From: Takakia lepidozioides
Lineage: Eukaryota > Plantae > Bryophyta
Length of the DNA stretch: 25,000 nucleotides
Assembly (NCBI GenBank): GCA_030704615.1
Contig: JAKLZA010000037.1
Location: forward strand, 1 to 25,000
Reading direction: 5' to 3'
The notes under the pieces are model-generated. The model did not search any database and was not told the origin of the DNA. It was given only the letters and a program-made list of their open reading frames with translations. The translations under genes were made by a program, and so were the position numbers. Shown one piece after another: positions 1-11,630 of the stretch (within the stretch, counting starts at the first letter, position 1; every line of letters begins with the position of its first letter).

Positions 1-254
1 CCCAATTTCAGCATGAGGCATACAGCGAGAGTGTCCTAGCCTCAAGCAGATGGAACTGCTGGACAATCAACCGGCAATACTAGTTCCAAAGGCCAACGCA
101 TAAACATGCACACTATAAAGCAACATTTCATAATGTGGAGGAAACTAGAATTTATTGTTGGACAGTAGAATACAAATTTTGCTACACATTGAGTTTAATG
201 GTTCAACAGCAAGAGTATCTTGTCAAATTGACAATTACACAAGTTGCAGTTCAA

Positions 255-2157
255 TCAATCGTTCTTTGGATTGATTTTATGGAGCTCAACTTTCTTCATC
301 AAGCTTTTGTCGCCCTGCTTGATCTTCCTCTCAATGTACTCGAACAAACTTCCATCATATACACCTCGAATAGCCTCCTTGCTCGCAAATCCCTCCTCAT
401 CCTTCACTAGCCAAAACGTAAAACCCCACTCCAGTTTTGCAGCAGTCCTGTTCAATATTACCCAGGTATGTTATAAATTTTTTTACAGCAATAAACTTCT
501 ATTGGACTACTGCCTTTAAACATCTTTTCCCTACCAATTACTACTCGATCCCATTCTCTAACAGTATCTGCAAACATTATCCAGATATGACATTCTTAAG
601 TGCAATCTATAAAGATGTACAGGGTTGAAAGACATTGAATCACCAGCCAAAGGGGTCGCTCGCATTGCGCAGGGCGTTAGTCATGTTCCAAAGTTCTGGG
701 TATGATATACGATCCGGATATGTCCGGGCGTATTTGATAAAAATCTCCTCGAATTTTCCTGGAACGAATCTGCCCTCTGTGTCATAAACTTCGCTGTCAC
801 TTCCATGCTTTGCTTTATGAATTCTTTCGATGTAGATGGGAAATCTTGGGTCTGGAATCCAACCCTGCATAGAAGGCGATGATTCAATTAAGCTAATCAA
901 GCGCGCTTGGATTAGACTGCAAGTAACAGAACTCAAATTTCTTAAGCAGTACACCACAATTGTATACAGATAGACACCAGGCATGCTTACATCATAGGTG
1001 ACATAGCTAAATGCCCCGTTGATAAATGCCGCTCCCAGAAATGATATAGTCGGACCCCATCCCAGCGCCCGGAAACCTGCCATTGAAGACACCCATGAGA
1101 TATCACGCCGCTTTCAAACCTCATCTCAGTTGCAAGTCGAACAACCATGAGGAGATTCAACCGAATTATCACCCACCTACTGGCTCTGGATGATGGAGAC
1201 AGATGCCTCACCTGCGTAAGTTTCTTGAGGGTAGATAACGCCATCCCCATCGCGATCAAAGAAAGCAACATGCTGTTGTAGCACAGTCATATTGTGAGGA
1301 TTGCGACCAGGTGTTCCTTCAGGATGCTCTGCATCCACTGCCACCAGTGCTCTTGGCAAATCTGCAATCACCAGGGGCCAAGAGGTCATCGTTACAGAAA
1401 ATTCAAAGTTCAAACATGTATCAAAAGTTCTTTATAGCAAGGAGACCTCGGGCATGAAGTTTTGATATCCATGGAGATCTATGCTATGTAATGGAGTGTG
1501 GCTAAAGGCGTTTCATCTCATTCGGGACAGTCAGTGAGAGCTCAGCTGGATATAGCCTCTCGAGCGGTAGCTTGCGTCGTTTGGACAACGATCGAGAATC
1601 ACGCTGGAGAGTACATAACAATGAGTGCTGGCCACCTGTCGTCGAGAGCCCATAGATCACCGTCTCGAAAGAGCCGGCTAGCTAGGTTTGAATACGATCA
1701 CTGAGAATTCACCAATTGCGATCGATTATTAGTTCTGGCGCAACAATAATCCCGTCACCTCAATCCTTCAACCTCCCTTGAAAGGTCATCCCTTGGACCC
1801 GAAACTCAGTAGTTTTGGAGTAGTTCAATCTCTCTCTCTATCTCTCTCTAATGCACCTCCAGATATGTAATCATGAAATTGCATTGCTGAGATACATGAA
1901 AGTTCGGAAGTGCCCAAACTGTGCACGAGGGCGTCCAAGGCCTCCACCGTAATCAATCTCTTCCTTTTCCACTCCGGACCCACACCGTCTGATCAGAAAT
2001 CCAAGCTGAATCGTTAGAACTTACAGGGCAGGTCAATAGGGATATTTGAAATGTTGCGTTCTTTAGTCACTGGGGCTCTCTTCGCGATTGTCTCATATGC
2101 TACCGAGCTGGCCTGCTTTCCAGGGGCCTCATCGACTTTGTAATCCGCTGCTGCCAT
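255..2157 (-). CDS. Caleosin/peroxygenase (lipid-droplet EF-hand heme protein), 5 exons: 2157-2025, 1361-1212, 1076-991, 864-644, 447-255; 260 aa
   Basis: All junctions are GT-AG and phase-consistent (783 nt). The protein has [28 protein letters not shown] (conserved His plus EF-hand), a hydrophobic segment with proline knot [34 protein letters not shown] and [11 protein letters not shown], all caleosin family motifs. Confidence 0.95.
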
Positions 2158-2389
2158 GATTCTGGTATTTCCACGTACTCTGCACTCAATAGTCTGCTTG
2201 CGTGATTGTCCTTCGGACTTGCGTATCAACCCCCCCAGCTTAATGTCACTTTTCCCAAACCCCTGAATTCCACAAGGAAGCGAGAAACTCATGAAATGCG
2301 TCCAACACTCTAATGAAGTGAGCTACCGAATTGAAGGGCAGCAATCTCTACACACATGTACACTTTAAGCACTGAGAGCGTGCCTCTCG

Positions 2390-2575
2390 TTTATATTGCG
2401 AATCTGGGCTACGTACAGTAATCCACTGTGGCAGCCAACAGAGAAAAAGACCCCTGGACAAGTGACACCATGGATACGCGTGTGGGGAGACATGGATTCC
2501 ACGTGTTTGGTCGAGTAATGGCCAATTGTGAATATGCATGGTTACACAGATGCACCACCTCTGCACTCTACGTCA
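2390..2575 (-). promoter_or_regulatory. Caleosin promoter: TATA box plus ABRE/G-box, CE3-like and RY motifs
   Basis: TATAAA on - strand at 2395-2390; ACGCGTG 2476-2482; CACGTG 2500-2505; CATGCA (RY, - strand) 2540-2535; TACGTCA 2569-2575. Caleosins are known ABA/seed-regulated genes. Motif function is inferred. Confidence 0.55.
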
Positions 2576-3854
2576 CCATTCTTCCTCCACACGTTGCCCA
2601 CCAACCACACTTCCTTCCTTCCTTCCTTTTCCTTCCTTCCTTCCGCAATTCGTCCCCACGCAACCGAAGCATCTCTGCAGATCTTTTTACGCCACACTTG
2701 TGTCGCTGTGCAAGAAGACCCAACGTCCATCTAACTGCGCCCAACCCGATATGACCTGAAACGAAGCCACCGTGTACCAATATCACTGCTATACCTGCTG
2801 TGCGCTTGAGTAGCTCTCCTTTTGTTGGCCTGCTCCTTTACTTGTTAGCCGTTGCCTCCAATTCCTTGTACATGACGCCTTCACGAGCCGTGTGTTGTTG
2901 CCCACACAATTTGCATGTGAAGATTCTAAGGAGTTGTAGAGTCCTCGAATTCCTTGCTTTTAAGTTTTCTTAGAAGCGAGGAGGTGGTAGTGAGAAGTAA
3001 CTCCACACTGGACAGGACCGGTTACCATGGAAAGCAGATAACACCACAGTCACGAGCTGCTTCTCATTACCATCTCCATGACCGATAGGGAGCATGCTGA
3101 CAGGTATATTGTGTGTGCAGAGGAAGGAAGACAAAAGAGCTTGCAGGCAGCTCTACTTGTCACTCCTTGCCAACTGCAGTTTATCAATGGGCTGAACTTC
3201 AATAATGTACCTTGTTATCGCTACCCACCAAGGGAATTTCCACTCCAGCGTAGAAAGCATCTTCGGTTAGGAGGATTCCAAAATATTGGGTTTGCAACTT
3301 CCTTTGTGGACACATGCAATTAGTGCTCGCTTTGGTTGAAAGGAAAAATGCCAATTATTCGCAGCTCATGCTAGTTGGATTGAAATAGTACAGATCCCTG
3401 TTAGACTCCACATAGAAAGGTTGGCATTGAGTGTGCATTATTGAGAGTGACATTTAGACCTCAAAGAAGTGGTGATAACTCCAAACAGAGGCGCCGTGTA
3501 GATATCGTGTTGAAGCAGCAAAGACTGCCTGATGTTCAAGATGCCATGGGGGTCACCGCAACCCTAGAGCTACCCACTCAACATTGCATTGAGATGTGGG
3601 ATGTTGGGTCACAGTTGACGTCTGGTGGTCTTCTGGTCAATTTCACAACATTGTGCCAAGACCACACATAGACCTGGGACCATGTGTGTTTCCCTGTTGG
3701 GAATGGCCCTGGTGTCACCACAATAACAGATGCCATAGAGGCTTACCACAACAGAGCTTGCTGTGCATACAGCACCACTCTACACATGATAAGCCTCTGT
3801 CAGGTGACTCTGGATCTTTCTGAAGGAGACAGAGAGACTGTGATAACAGAAAAC

Positions 3855-6800
3855 TCAAGATGGCTCCAACTTGAGCCACCCTCTGTCAGCTTGTACCTTC
3901 ACAAACTCAGCTAAAGCTCGGATATCATCATCGCTGATCCTTGGCCCGAAAGTACACTGCCCCCTCGGCGCACACTTTTCCCCATATCCCTACAGCAGAA
4001 ACAACACAGGAGTCTCACACATTTAGAAGAGGGACACGTCACATGAAACCTCTTCCCTCTTGCAAACACTGGACGACTGGACTTTCTACCAAAACTCCTG
4101 AAGGTGAAAAAAAAAAATCAGACTAAATACCTTATGATGCCGGGTCATAAAAGAGCATTGTGGATAACACCCTACGAACCCATGAGTGGATGACAAGCAT
4201 TTCTATACCAACCATGTTGGTAAGGGAGGTAGACCAACATATACTTCAAATGAAGGAGTGATTGCACACTTAACCCATTGTTAGCATATAGGTCAATCGC
4301 GACAATAAATCAACAGTTATTAGTCAAATTGCTTAGAGAAACTGCAAGACTTACCGGCATTCTTTCCTTTCCTGAGTAGGTGATTCCACATACGTCATCC
4401 ACAGTGGCAAGCCCATTTCTGGTAGAAGATTCACAAAGTGGTCACCAGGGGGATCCAAGACAAAGATGAGGGTAACAGTGGTGGCAAAATAAGAGCTCAG
4501 TGTCCTCATGTCACCTGCTACATTTAGACTGAAAACTTTGACTGCCGTTAACATTCTCCATGAGATTCTGACCGAGTACTTCCAAAATAGAGGCAATGTA
4601 CATCTCACTCCATCGTACATGATCCAGTTCTACTATATTTCTCTTGGCCGTAACCACAGAAACTACATGCCAGAAAATATGCCAAAGGTTGTAGTGACCT
4701 GCCAAAATCATGAAGGCTTACAAGGGTGGCTCTTACCTCTCAAGGTCCTTACTAAACAAGGTCGCCCCCTACAATCAAGCAAACATCATCATGGTATTAA
4801 GAGTATGGGACCATCAGAGAAAAATGTCATGAAGAATTGAGACAAATCACTGCCAATATACAAGTTTTCAAGCACAGGCGAAGCTTTTTTGTTCCCCTAC
4901 ATATATGCTGAATGGACCATGGATAGTCAAGCTAACTGACCAATGTCAGTAGTCCTTGCAAGTGGACGGTACATGGTGAGTGGGATACTTGTGAAATTAT
5001 CTCTAGGAATTAGACTTTGCAGAATATCGGGAAGACGGGTGTAGATTGCTGTAGCCTGCATAGAGCCTAGACAGCAATACCAATTACCCTTGAAATGCCC
5101 CTGAGTATGTTAGAGCTTGAGGTTTCATACAGGCTGAAGAATGTTGCCACCCCCAGCATGACAACAGGAACATGTGTTCTGAAACACCATTGCTGGCCCC
5201 GCTTTCTCCAAAGCAAAAGCTGCTTGCACTGTACCAGTACCAGCAGATCAAACTCTTAGACTATCATTTGTGGTTCATGAACTCCAAAACCCTGGATTAC
5301 ACAAGAGTGGCTAAATTGTTCTGCGGACGATGGAAATACAAGTTTAGCCATGCCAAAACATGTGTTGTAGCAGGAGTGAGCTGCTAGCCCCCAAAACAGT
5401 GCTATTCAGACCTGTAGATCAGGAGTAACTACTCCATCTTAATTATGATGGCAATCCCCAGAAAGATGCTCGTCTCCACGCTACCTTTTACCGTCTCCCT
5501 TCTGTTGCATTGACTCAGGTGCAGGGCAGATTGCCACAGGGCTACAGCAAGCAAAACCTAAGAACACATCTATGCTATCTGCTGGTAACATTTCGAATTC
5601 GAACAAGATGGTTTTTGAGGCATCCAGGCATCCGAGGCACACATAAAGAAAAGAAAAACTTGCTCACTGTTCATAGAAGACCACCCAATAACTGTGGAAG
5701 CTCCAATAGCCACCATAGCCGCTTTGATAACAGATGAGAGCCTTGAGTTCTTGGGGCCTTCAACTACTTTGCAAATACTTCTGCCATCCGCTAAGTCCCA
5801 TTCACGTTTGTGTTTACTTCTTCAACATCACAAGAGGTGAACTCACCAATCATTGCAGCATCTGACCCAGTCCAAAATTGCAGGAGTCTGGGATGCCATC
5901 TTGCCATGATTGGGCATTAACTATGATCTATACACTAAAAAGAAAACCCTCGCTAAAACTTGGAACATGTTAGCCAAGCTACCTGAAGTTCATATCACCT
6001 ATGATCAAAACCGTTTTTTCGCAAGGGAAGTGCTCTGGAGGCATAAGAAAGGGACAGGCTGATGATCTGGAGCTTCACCATGAAAGAACGGAAAAGACAT
6101 TGTTTCAGTCCTGACTGCCTCAAGAACTACAAAATACCTTCTGTAATGAGCCTTACCCAGAATGTTACATTCTGCCCGTGCAGTTCCCAGTGTGACTGGC
6201 AGTGCAGTCACACCCACATGTGTTGCTAGTCTTTTGAAGTGCCAGGCTACAGAAGCAATGCTGATATTAGTATCATGCTTTCTGAAAGGATGTCAAAGCA
6301 AGCCCACTCGTCTACCCTCAATTAGGGTCAATTTCCAAGGGGTATCATAGCAAACTTTAACAGGGAACAGACACCATCTGTAACCCTTGAAAATAGAAGT
6401 GCGCAGCTATGGATGAAAACACAACCGTGTGGACCTCATTACCGTTTCTAAAGGTGACAATCCGCAAGAGAGACGATCCAGCAACCGCATCCTGTAAGGT
6501 GGGGTCACAGATAAAATCAAACGGGGAAAACTAATTTCTTCTGAGGATCGACGATACTGTTTTCAATCCCAGGGATAATTTCACTTGTGTAATTTAGACG
6601 CAGGCAGGATGTGTAAGTTAAATCATCAGTGTATGCTTGGCTACAATATCCTAGACATAGGCCACCCGGGATATGTCCCCTTTCCCCTGGTCAGAAATTT
6701 CAGCACAAATAGACTATGGAACTGCCTTACCTCCTCACAATCCTCCAGCATAAGTCTAACTAGTCTGTAACATAAAACGGAGTGACAGTGGCGGCGAGTG

Positions 6801-7294
6801 AATCGGCACCGCATCGGTGATATTTGAGATCCACCGCAGCACAGTGATCTTATGCACTTCTCAATGCGCGCGCGCTCAGTTGGTGCGCGAAACAAAGGAA
6901 ATTCGATGTCCGAGAGAATTCTAGCCACAGATAATACCCATGCGAATAAGCATAGAATGATACAGTATGGGAACAATGCTCATACCAATCACCCAAACGA
7001 GGTTTCCATCACCTGGGTCCCCGCAGTTAGTTGTCACCCACAAAATGACTGTCAACTGAGCTGGCGCCGGTTGCCCATTGAGCCCGGGAAATTTTTCTTA
7101 CAGCTCAAGAGACACAGAACACTAGGAAAAGATCAAGGGTCACAAAATACCTGGGTAAATGAGGTTGACCTCTGTGCACCCAGCTTTCGGCCATGGCCGG
7201 CAGCTGAAAGCCTGACACTTGAAGAAGCCGTAGGCATGCTCAGACCCAAAACTGCAATTGGCCCTCCTGTCACCCACGCCCTCGAGGATGCCAT
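3855..7294 (-). CDS. petJ: Chloroplast cytochrome c6A precursor. Confident exons: ~5790-5668, 5228-5131, 4768-4737, 4418-4355, 3989-3855. Probable first exon 7294-7151; possible exon 6491-6443
   Basis: Spliced translation: ...AAMVAIGASTVIGWSSMNMQAAFA/LEKAGPAMVFQNTCSCCHAGGGNILQP|GATLFSKDLER|NGLATVDDVCGITYSGKERMP|GYGEKCAPRGQCTFGPRISDDDIRALAEFVKVQADRGWLKLEPS*. It has a CxxCH heme motif, axial Met (RMP), the c6A-specific loop insertion EKCAPRGQCTFG, and a hydrophobic lumen signal ending A-F-A. The Ser/Ala/Arg-rich N-terminus MASSRAW... is transit-peptide-like. Joining of the 5' exons is uncertain. Confidence 0.9.
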
Positions 7295-7303
7295 TATAGA
7301 AAG

Positions 7304-7306
<3 letters not shown>

Positions 7307-7340
<34 letters not shown>
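7307..7340. repeat. (GA)17 microsatellite between the divergent cytochrome c6A and zinc-knuckle genes
   Basis: Perfect GA run 7307-7340, 12 nt from the putative c6A ATG (7294). Confidence 0.95.
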
Positions 7341-7343
<3 letters not shown>

Positions 7344-7440
7344 ATTGCCTGCTCTAGCACCACACTTTGCGACTTCGGAGAGACGAGTGTGCGTTGGGAA
7401 ACAAGTCGCACTTCGCAGCTGGGTGGATGAAATATGAAAA

Positions 7441-10233
7441 ATGCGGGTGGAGGATGTACTCTGTCCGACAGAAAGGCCCAGCGGGAAGGAGAGGGGAGAG
7501 TTGAGGAAGCACGACAGCCGGCGTGCTCATCAGCTATGGAAACGTGCTCTCACAGACCCCTTCTTCAGTGCTCCCTTTCTCCACTCTCGTCGCAGGAATC
7601 GGCACTATATGGGCAGCTCAGGGCCCTGCCATCGCTGTGGGCGGGGCGGGCATTTGGCTCGGGACTGCTCTCTGCATACCTGCTTTAGATGCAATGGGTG
7701 GGTCTTCTCTCTCGTGCTCTTTTGCCTCCGTTCCTCTGATTTTTGGTGTATTTTTGTTCCGATTTTTTTGGATTTCTTTAGATAATTGTATCGTCGTTTA
7801 AGGTACTGCACCATTTAGTAGGATGTTACGTCTCTTCCAAGAGGCTGTTTGCTGTGGTGGGGAGATAGTTGTAGATCTTAGTGCGCCTCCTGACTAAACC
7901 GCGCCATGCTAGGTTTCCGGGAAGAGATGCTCTCGAGTAAACGATTTTCATTCTTATATCTCAATTTAGTGCAATCAATACAAGTAGAAAACACCACATT
8001 AACTGCAAGTGAAAGCAACACTTCTATTCCGAGTTTGTAATTCAGGAGGGCCTCTATTGCATTGGTTGTTGTTGATTTCCTCTCCAAAAATTGTCAATCT
8101 TCAGTAAAAAGCAGACTACGCGGAAGATATCGCAGAGCGTGAATCTGCCTCCCTCTCTGGGTTTAGGCTTTCCATTGGAAGGTTTGGAAGTGAAGGTGGT
8201 CTAGCCTACCCTCATTTAAGAAACAACTTTGTAATGGCCAGAGGAAGCTCACAATAAGAGAGAGATTAATTTCTGAATCACAGCTATGGTTCACCCATGA
8301 TCGGAGTAATCACTAATGTTCACATGGGTACTGTCGAGGTGCACAAGTTGCAGATCGTAGTTGTAGTCAGAGCTGCTCTCGAGGGTTTCCGCGTTCATGT
8401 GAATTACTGAGTAAGTCTCCAACGTTTGAATTCAAACAGAAAATATTTTCAAATTAGGGTTGGCATGTCAAATGAGAGGGGGAGAGCTCAAAAGGACCAA
8501 ATCCTTGCACCTGTTTTGGGTTGATGGGGGCAGGAGGGGGCACATGGCGTGGGAGTGTGTGGAGGGTGTGACATGCAGTCGGTGTGGAGAACGTGGCCAT
8601 CTCCAGCGCAACTGTAAAAACGTTTCTTGTCACAAGTAAACTTCCTAAAACTTTTAATACCAAAAAAATTGGTCAATTGAGCCTTATCTCGAGTGTACGA
8701 AATGACAAGGCTATGGAAGGACCCAGATGCCGGCAGGGATGTTTTAAAACCAGTTACTATGTAACTGAAGGGAAGATGCTTTCCAGATTTTTATCTCCAA
8801 CCTAGTCAATGAGTGTGGAAATCTCCATAGATTCCTTTCCAGGAGAGAGCTTCTAATGGTGTTGACAGTGCTTTTCATAGGTGCGGGCGAAGGGGGCACA
8901 TTGCAAAATTTTGCAATGATCCATTTGCGAAGGTATCTTTCTAGGTCCTTCAATGCCACGTTTGTCTCATCTCTAGTAGGTAGAGGGGCTCAGTAGCATT
9001 GCTACATATTGCTTTATATATGATGGTTATGTCCGCTCTATCTTGAACACCCAGTCAATTCATTTGCAATTATTTCTCTATTGGGTTTGAGTTTCATACT
9101 GTAATGAATCGAAAACCCCAAAAAGATAGGTATCGTTTAGGGTCTGTGCCTTTGAAGAGTGAGCCAAAGCTTCCTGACAGGGCAACTAGCAATGAGTACT
9201 CTCTCTTCCGTAAGCTCTTTGGGCTTTTTGTGGATGTTAAGTTTGTCCTTTCTGTCTCACTCCAAACTGGGTGCAGGGTTTATGCCCACAAGGCTACCGC
9301 AATGGAAGTTATGATCTGAAAGATAGATGAGTTTATCCTGGTTCACCTACTTCTGGATCCAGAAGGTTTCGTATTTTGGCCGGCAGTATCCCTCAGTAGT
9401 TGTTTTCATAGCTAGTGTGCTCATGCAACGTCATAGCACTACTTTGAATAATGGAGTTTTGGGGCAATTTATAGACAAGGGTATGACTTACTATGCCTGC
9501 GCGTTTGCAGGCTGCAGAGGCTGAGAAACAGGAACGGCAACAGGCCCTGTGTATAGCTCGGGCTGCAGGAAACCACACTTCAGCCACAGGAGAAGAGGGA
9601 GCCTCATCAGAAAGCCGGGTGGCACGCCAGAGGGGTGCTCGACCAAGTCCTTGGGATGGTTTAGGTATGAGCAACCCTGGGGGGTCTTTGACAGAGGGAG
9701 GGAGAGACAAAAAGGATGGAGTGATTTCTCAGTTTGAAGTAGGAAGAAGAGTGCCAAGCTCAGTAGAGGACACAAAAGGATGGAATGTGCATTCTGCCAC
9801 CATGAGCACTGAAGGGAAACCTTGTTTAAGTCAGGGCAGAGTTTCTGGAGTTAAAATACTGGGAGTGAAGCGGAAAGACAGCTTCAGCAGTGGGATTCCC
9901 GCATCTGTAAGATCACGACCCAATAATCTCAGTGGTCCTGTTGAGAGGAGGGAGCAGACAGAGGAGGTTGCAAGACTTGATGAGGCTGGAGAGCCTACCA
10001 GGTGGCATGGCCTGGTTGGGTATGGGAGTGAAGAGAGTGAGGAAGCAGGTGCTGATTGTCATAGGTCCAGCGACTGTGAAGCGGAGGAGAAAATCCTCAT
10101 TATGGGCATTCTCAGTGAGGTTAGTGAAGGTACGATCTGTAGAGAGGAAGTTTCTTCCAATGATAATAGGATTGGAGTTACGAGTCAATTGGATTGTGAT
10201 ACAGAACCATGCCAAAATTGTGGCAATTCATAG
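7441..10233 (+). CDS. CCHC zinc-knuckle protein (4 knuckles, CNBP/GIS2-like spacing) with a disordered C-terminus; exons 7441-7697, 8534-8635, 8881-8932, 9511-10233; ~377 aa (alternative start ATG 7609)
   Basis: Phase-consistent GT-AG splicing rebuilds four CX2CX4HX4C knuckles, two of them split by introns: CHRCGRGGHLARDC, CFRCNG|RGHMAWEC, CSRCGERGHLQRNC, CHK|CGRRGHIAKFC. The last exon matches ORF 9493..10233. Confidence 0.82.
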
Positions 10234-11530
10234 CAGTGGTTGGTGCATTGAGGCCGGTCATCTGGAGTGAACACAAGCACATCAAATTGAGGGTACAAGA
10301 AATGGCAAGCCAGCTGCTGTTACATATCAATCTAATGATTCATCCACCCTCTCCTCTCACCGTCGAGGTACGTTGTAGAGCCATAAGGCTATAAAGCAAG
10401 CATTATCTACTGTTGGTGGAAGTAGGGTTGGCAAGGCCTTTCTCTCTACTCTCACAGGGTACAGAAACATTTCCAGCTTTTAGGGAGCATTGGCAATCTG
10501 GAGTGGAAGTGGTCATCAAGTGTAGGGGGCTACTTTCATGTAATTGATGGTTCACCGGATATGAAAGGTTGTTCTTTCTGTAGTGGAACTGGCCTGCAGT
10601 AACTAGCCCCAACCTCTTTCAAGGTGTGGTCTTTTGAGGAGCACAGTTCATGTCAACCCAGAACATATGCACTTGGGAACTAGTATGAGATTAGGAGAAA
10701 CTACCAGATAGCCTCCCAGATGTCCAAGATGTGCTGAATACTGTACATAAAGACCTGCACAATGTTCCCCATTGTAAGCTAAGCCTTTCTAGTTTGAGGG
10801 GAACATGTACAATCGCATTGCGATCAGTTCCCTTGTGATATCATGCACATAGATTCTGGGCTTGGTCTTTTTCATTCCACAAGCTGATCACAGCTATTGA
10901 ATGTCTCTTCTGCTGCCGGACATGGGATACTGCTGCCCTCTCATAGGAGTCTGGACCTTGGCTCGGTCTCAGATCATTATGCTGCCTTTCCACTTGCCTC
11001 TGCTTCTAGGAGACTGGCTTCTGCCTCTGGTGTTACCTTTCCCTCATTTCTCCTCCACCTTTTGTCGTAGTGATGAGAGCCTCACACATCAGGGCAGTAT
11101 TGGGCTCAATAGGAGCTATGATTCAACCACTAGTTGCTCTGCTCACACATCTGCTTGCCATTTCACCCCACATAACTGACCCCATAATTTCCACAGAGGT
11201 GCAGACAGATGGCAACACAGAAAAATTTCTCTCTGCAAAGCCCAGTTTGGGCACTGAATGCAGCTTAATGGATAGCGGGGTTTACTGAACCTTGACTCAT
11301 ATGTACCTTACTACTGAGAGGTAAAGAGAGAGGGTAAAGAGACAAAAAGGTATTGATCCACCGCGGCGTGATTGCTTATTCATGGAGAGAACAATCTGGT
11401 TACATTAGATGGAGTTTCAGTGTGAGGATGGCCCCAAGTGACAGACACTTCCATTTTCACCAATACATATCATGTTTAGAAAGTTTTGGTAGTGTGATAG
11501 AAAGTACACTATTTGAACTACGCTCACACT

Positions 11531-11630
11531 CTGCTTAATTTTCAGTGAGTTGCCAAGATACACAAACATCATCTGGTCCAAACACTGCTTTATTTTCAGT
11601 GAGTTGCCAACAAACATCACCTGGTCCAAA
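11531..11630. repeat. Imperfect tandem duplication (~50 bp units, 11531-11582 and 11585-11630)
   Basis: ctgctt(a/t)attttcagtgagttgccaa[gataca]caaacatca(t/c)ctggtccaaa occurs twice. Confidence 0.9.

Noticed and set aside
4351-4620. 89-aa ORF on the - strand
   Set aside because: It is a wrong-frame overlap of the true 64-nt cytochrome c6A exon plus intron sequence.
5983-6034. Exon-like cassette reading EHFPCEKTVLIIGDMNFR, resembling an EEP/5-phosphatase GDxN motif
   Set aside because: No other EEP motifs could be assembled, and it lies inside the cytochrome c6A gene span; probably chance.
6852-7430. 192-aa + strand ORF containing RERERE
   Set aside because: Antisense to c6A exon 1/intron, runs through the GA microsatellite, and has no recognisable domain.
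7620-8932. Zinc knuckles as a retrotransposon gag
   Set aside because: The knuckles are split by canonical introns, and no protease, RT or LTR is nearby.
10400-11300. Short ORFs and splice-like signals downstream of the zinc-knuckle gene
   Set aside because: No frame gave a recognisable protein; may be UTR or decayed fragments.
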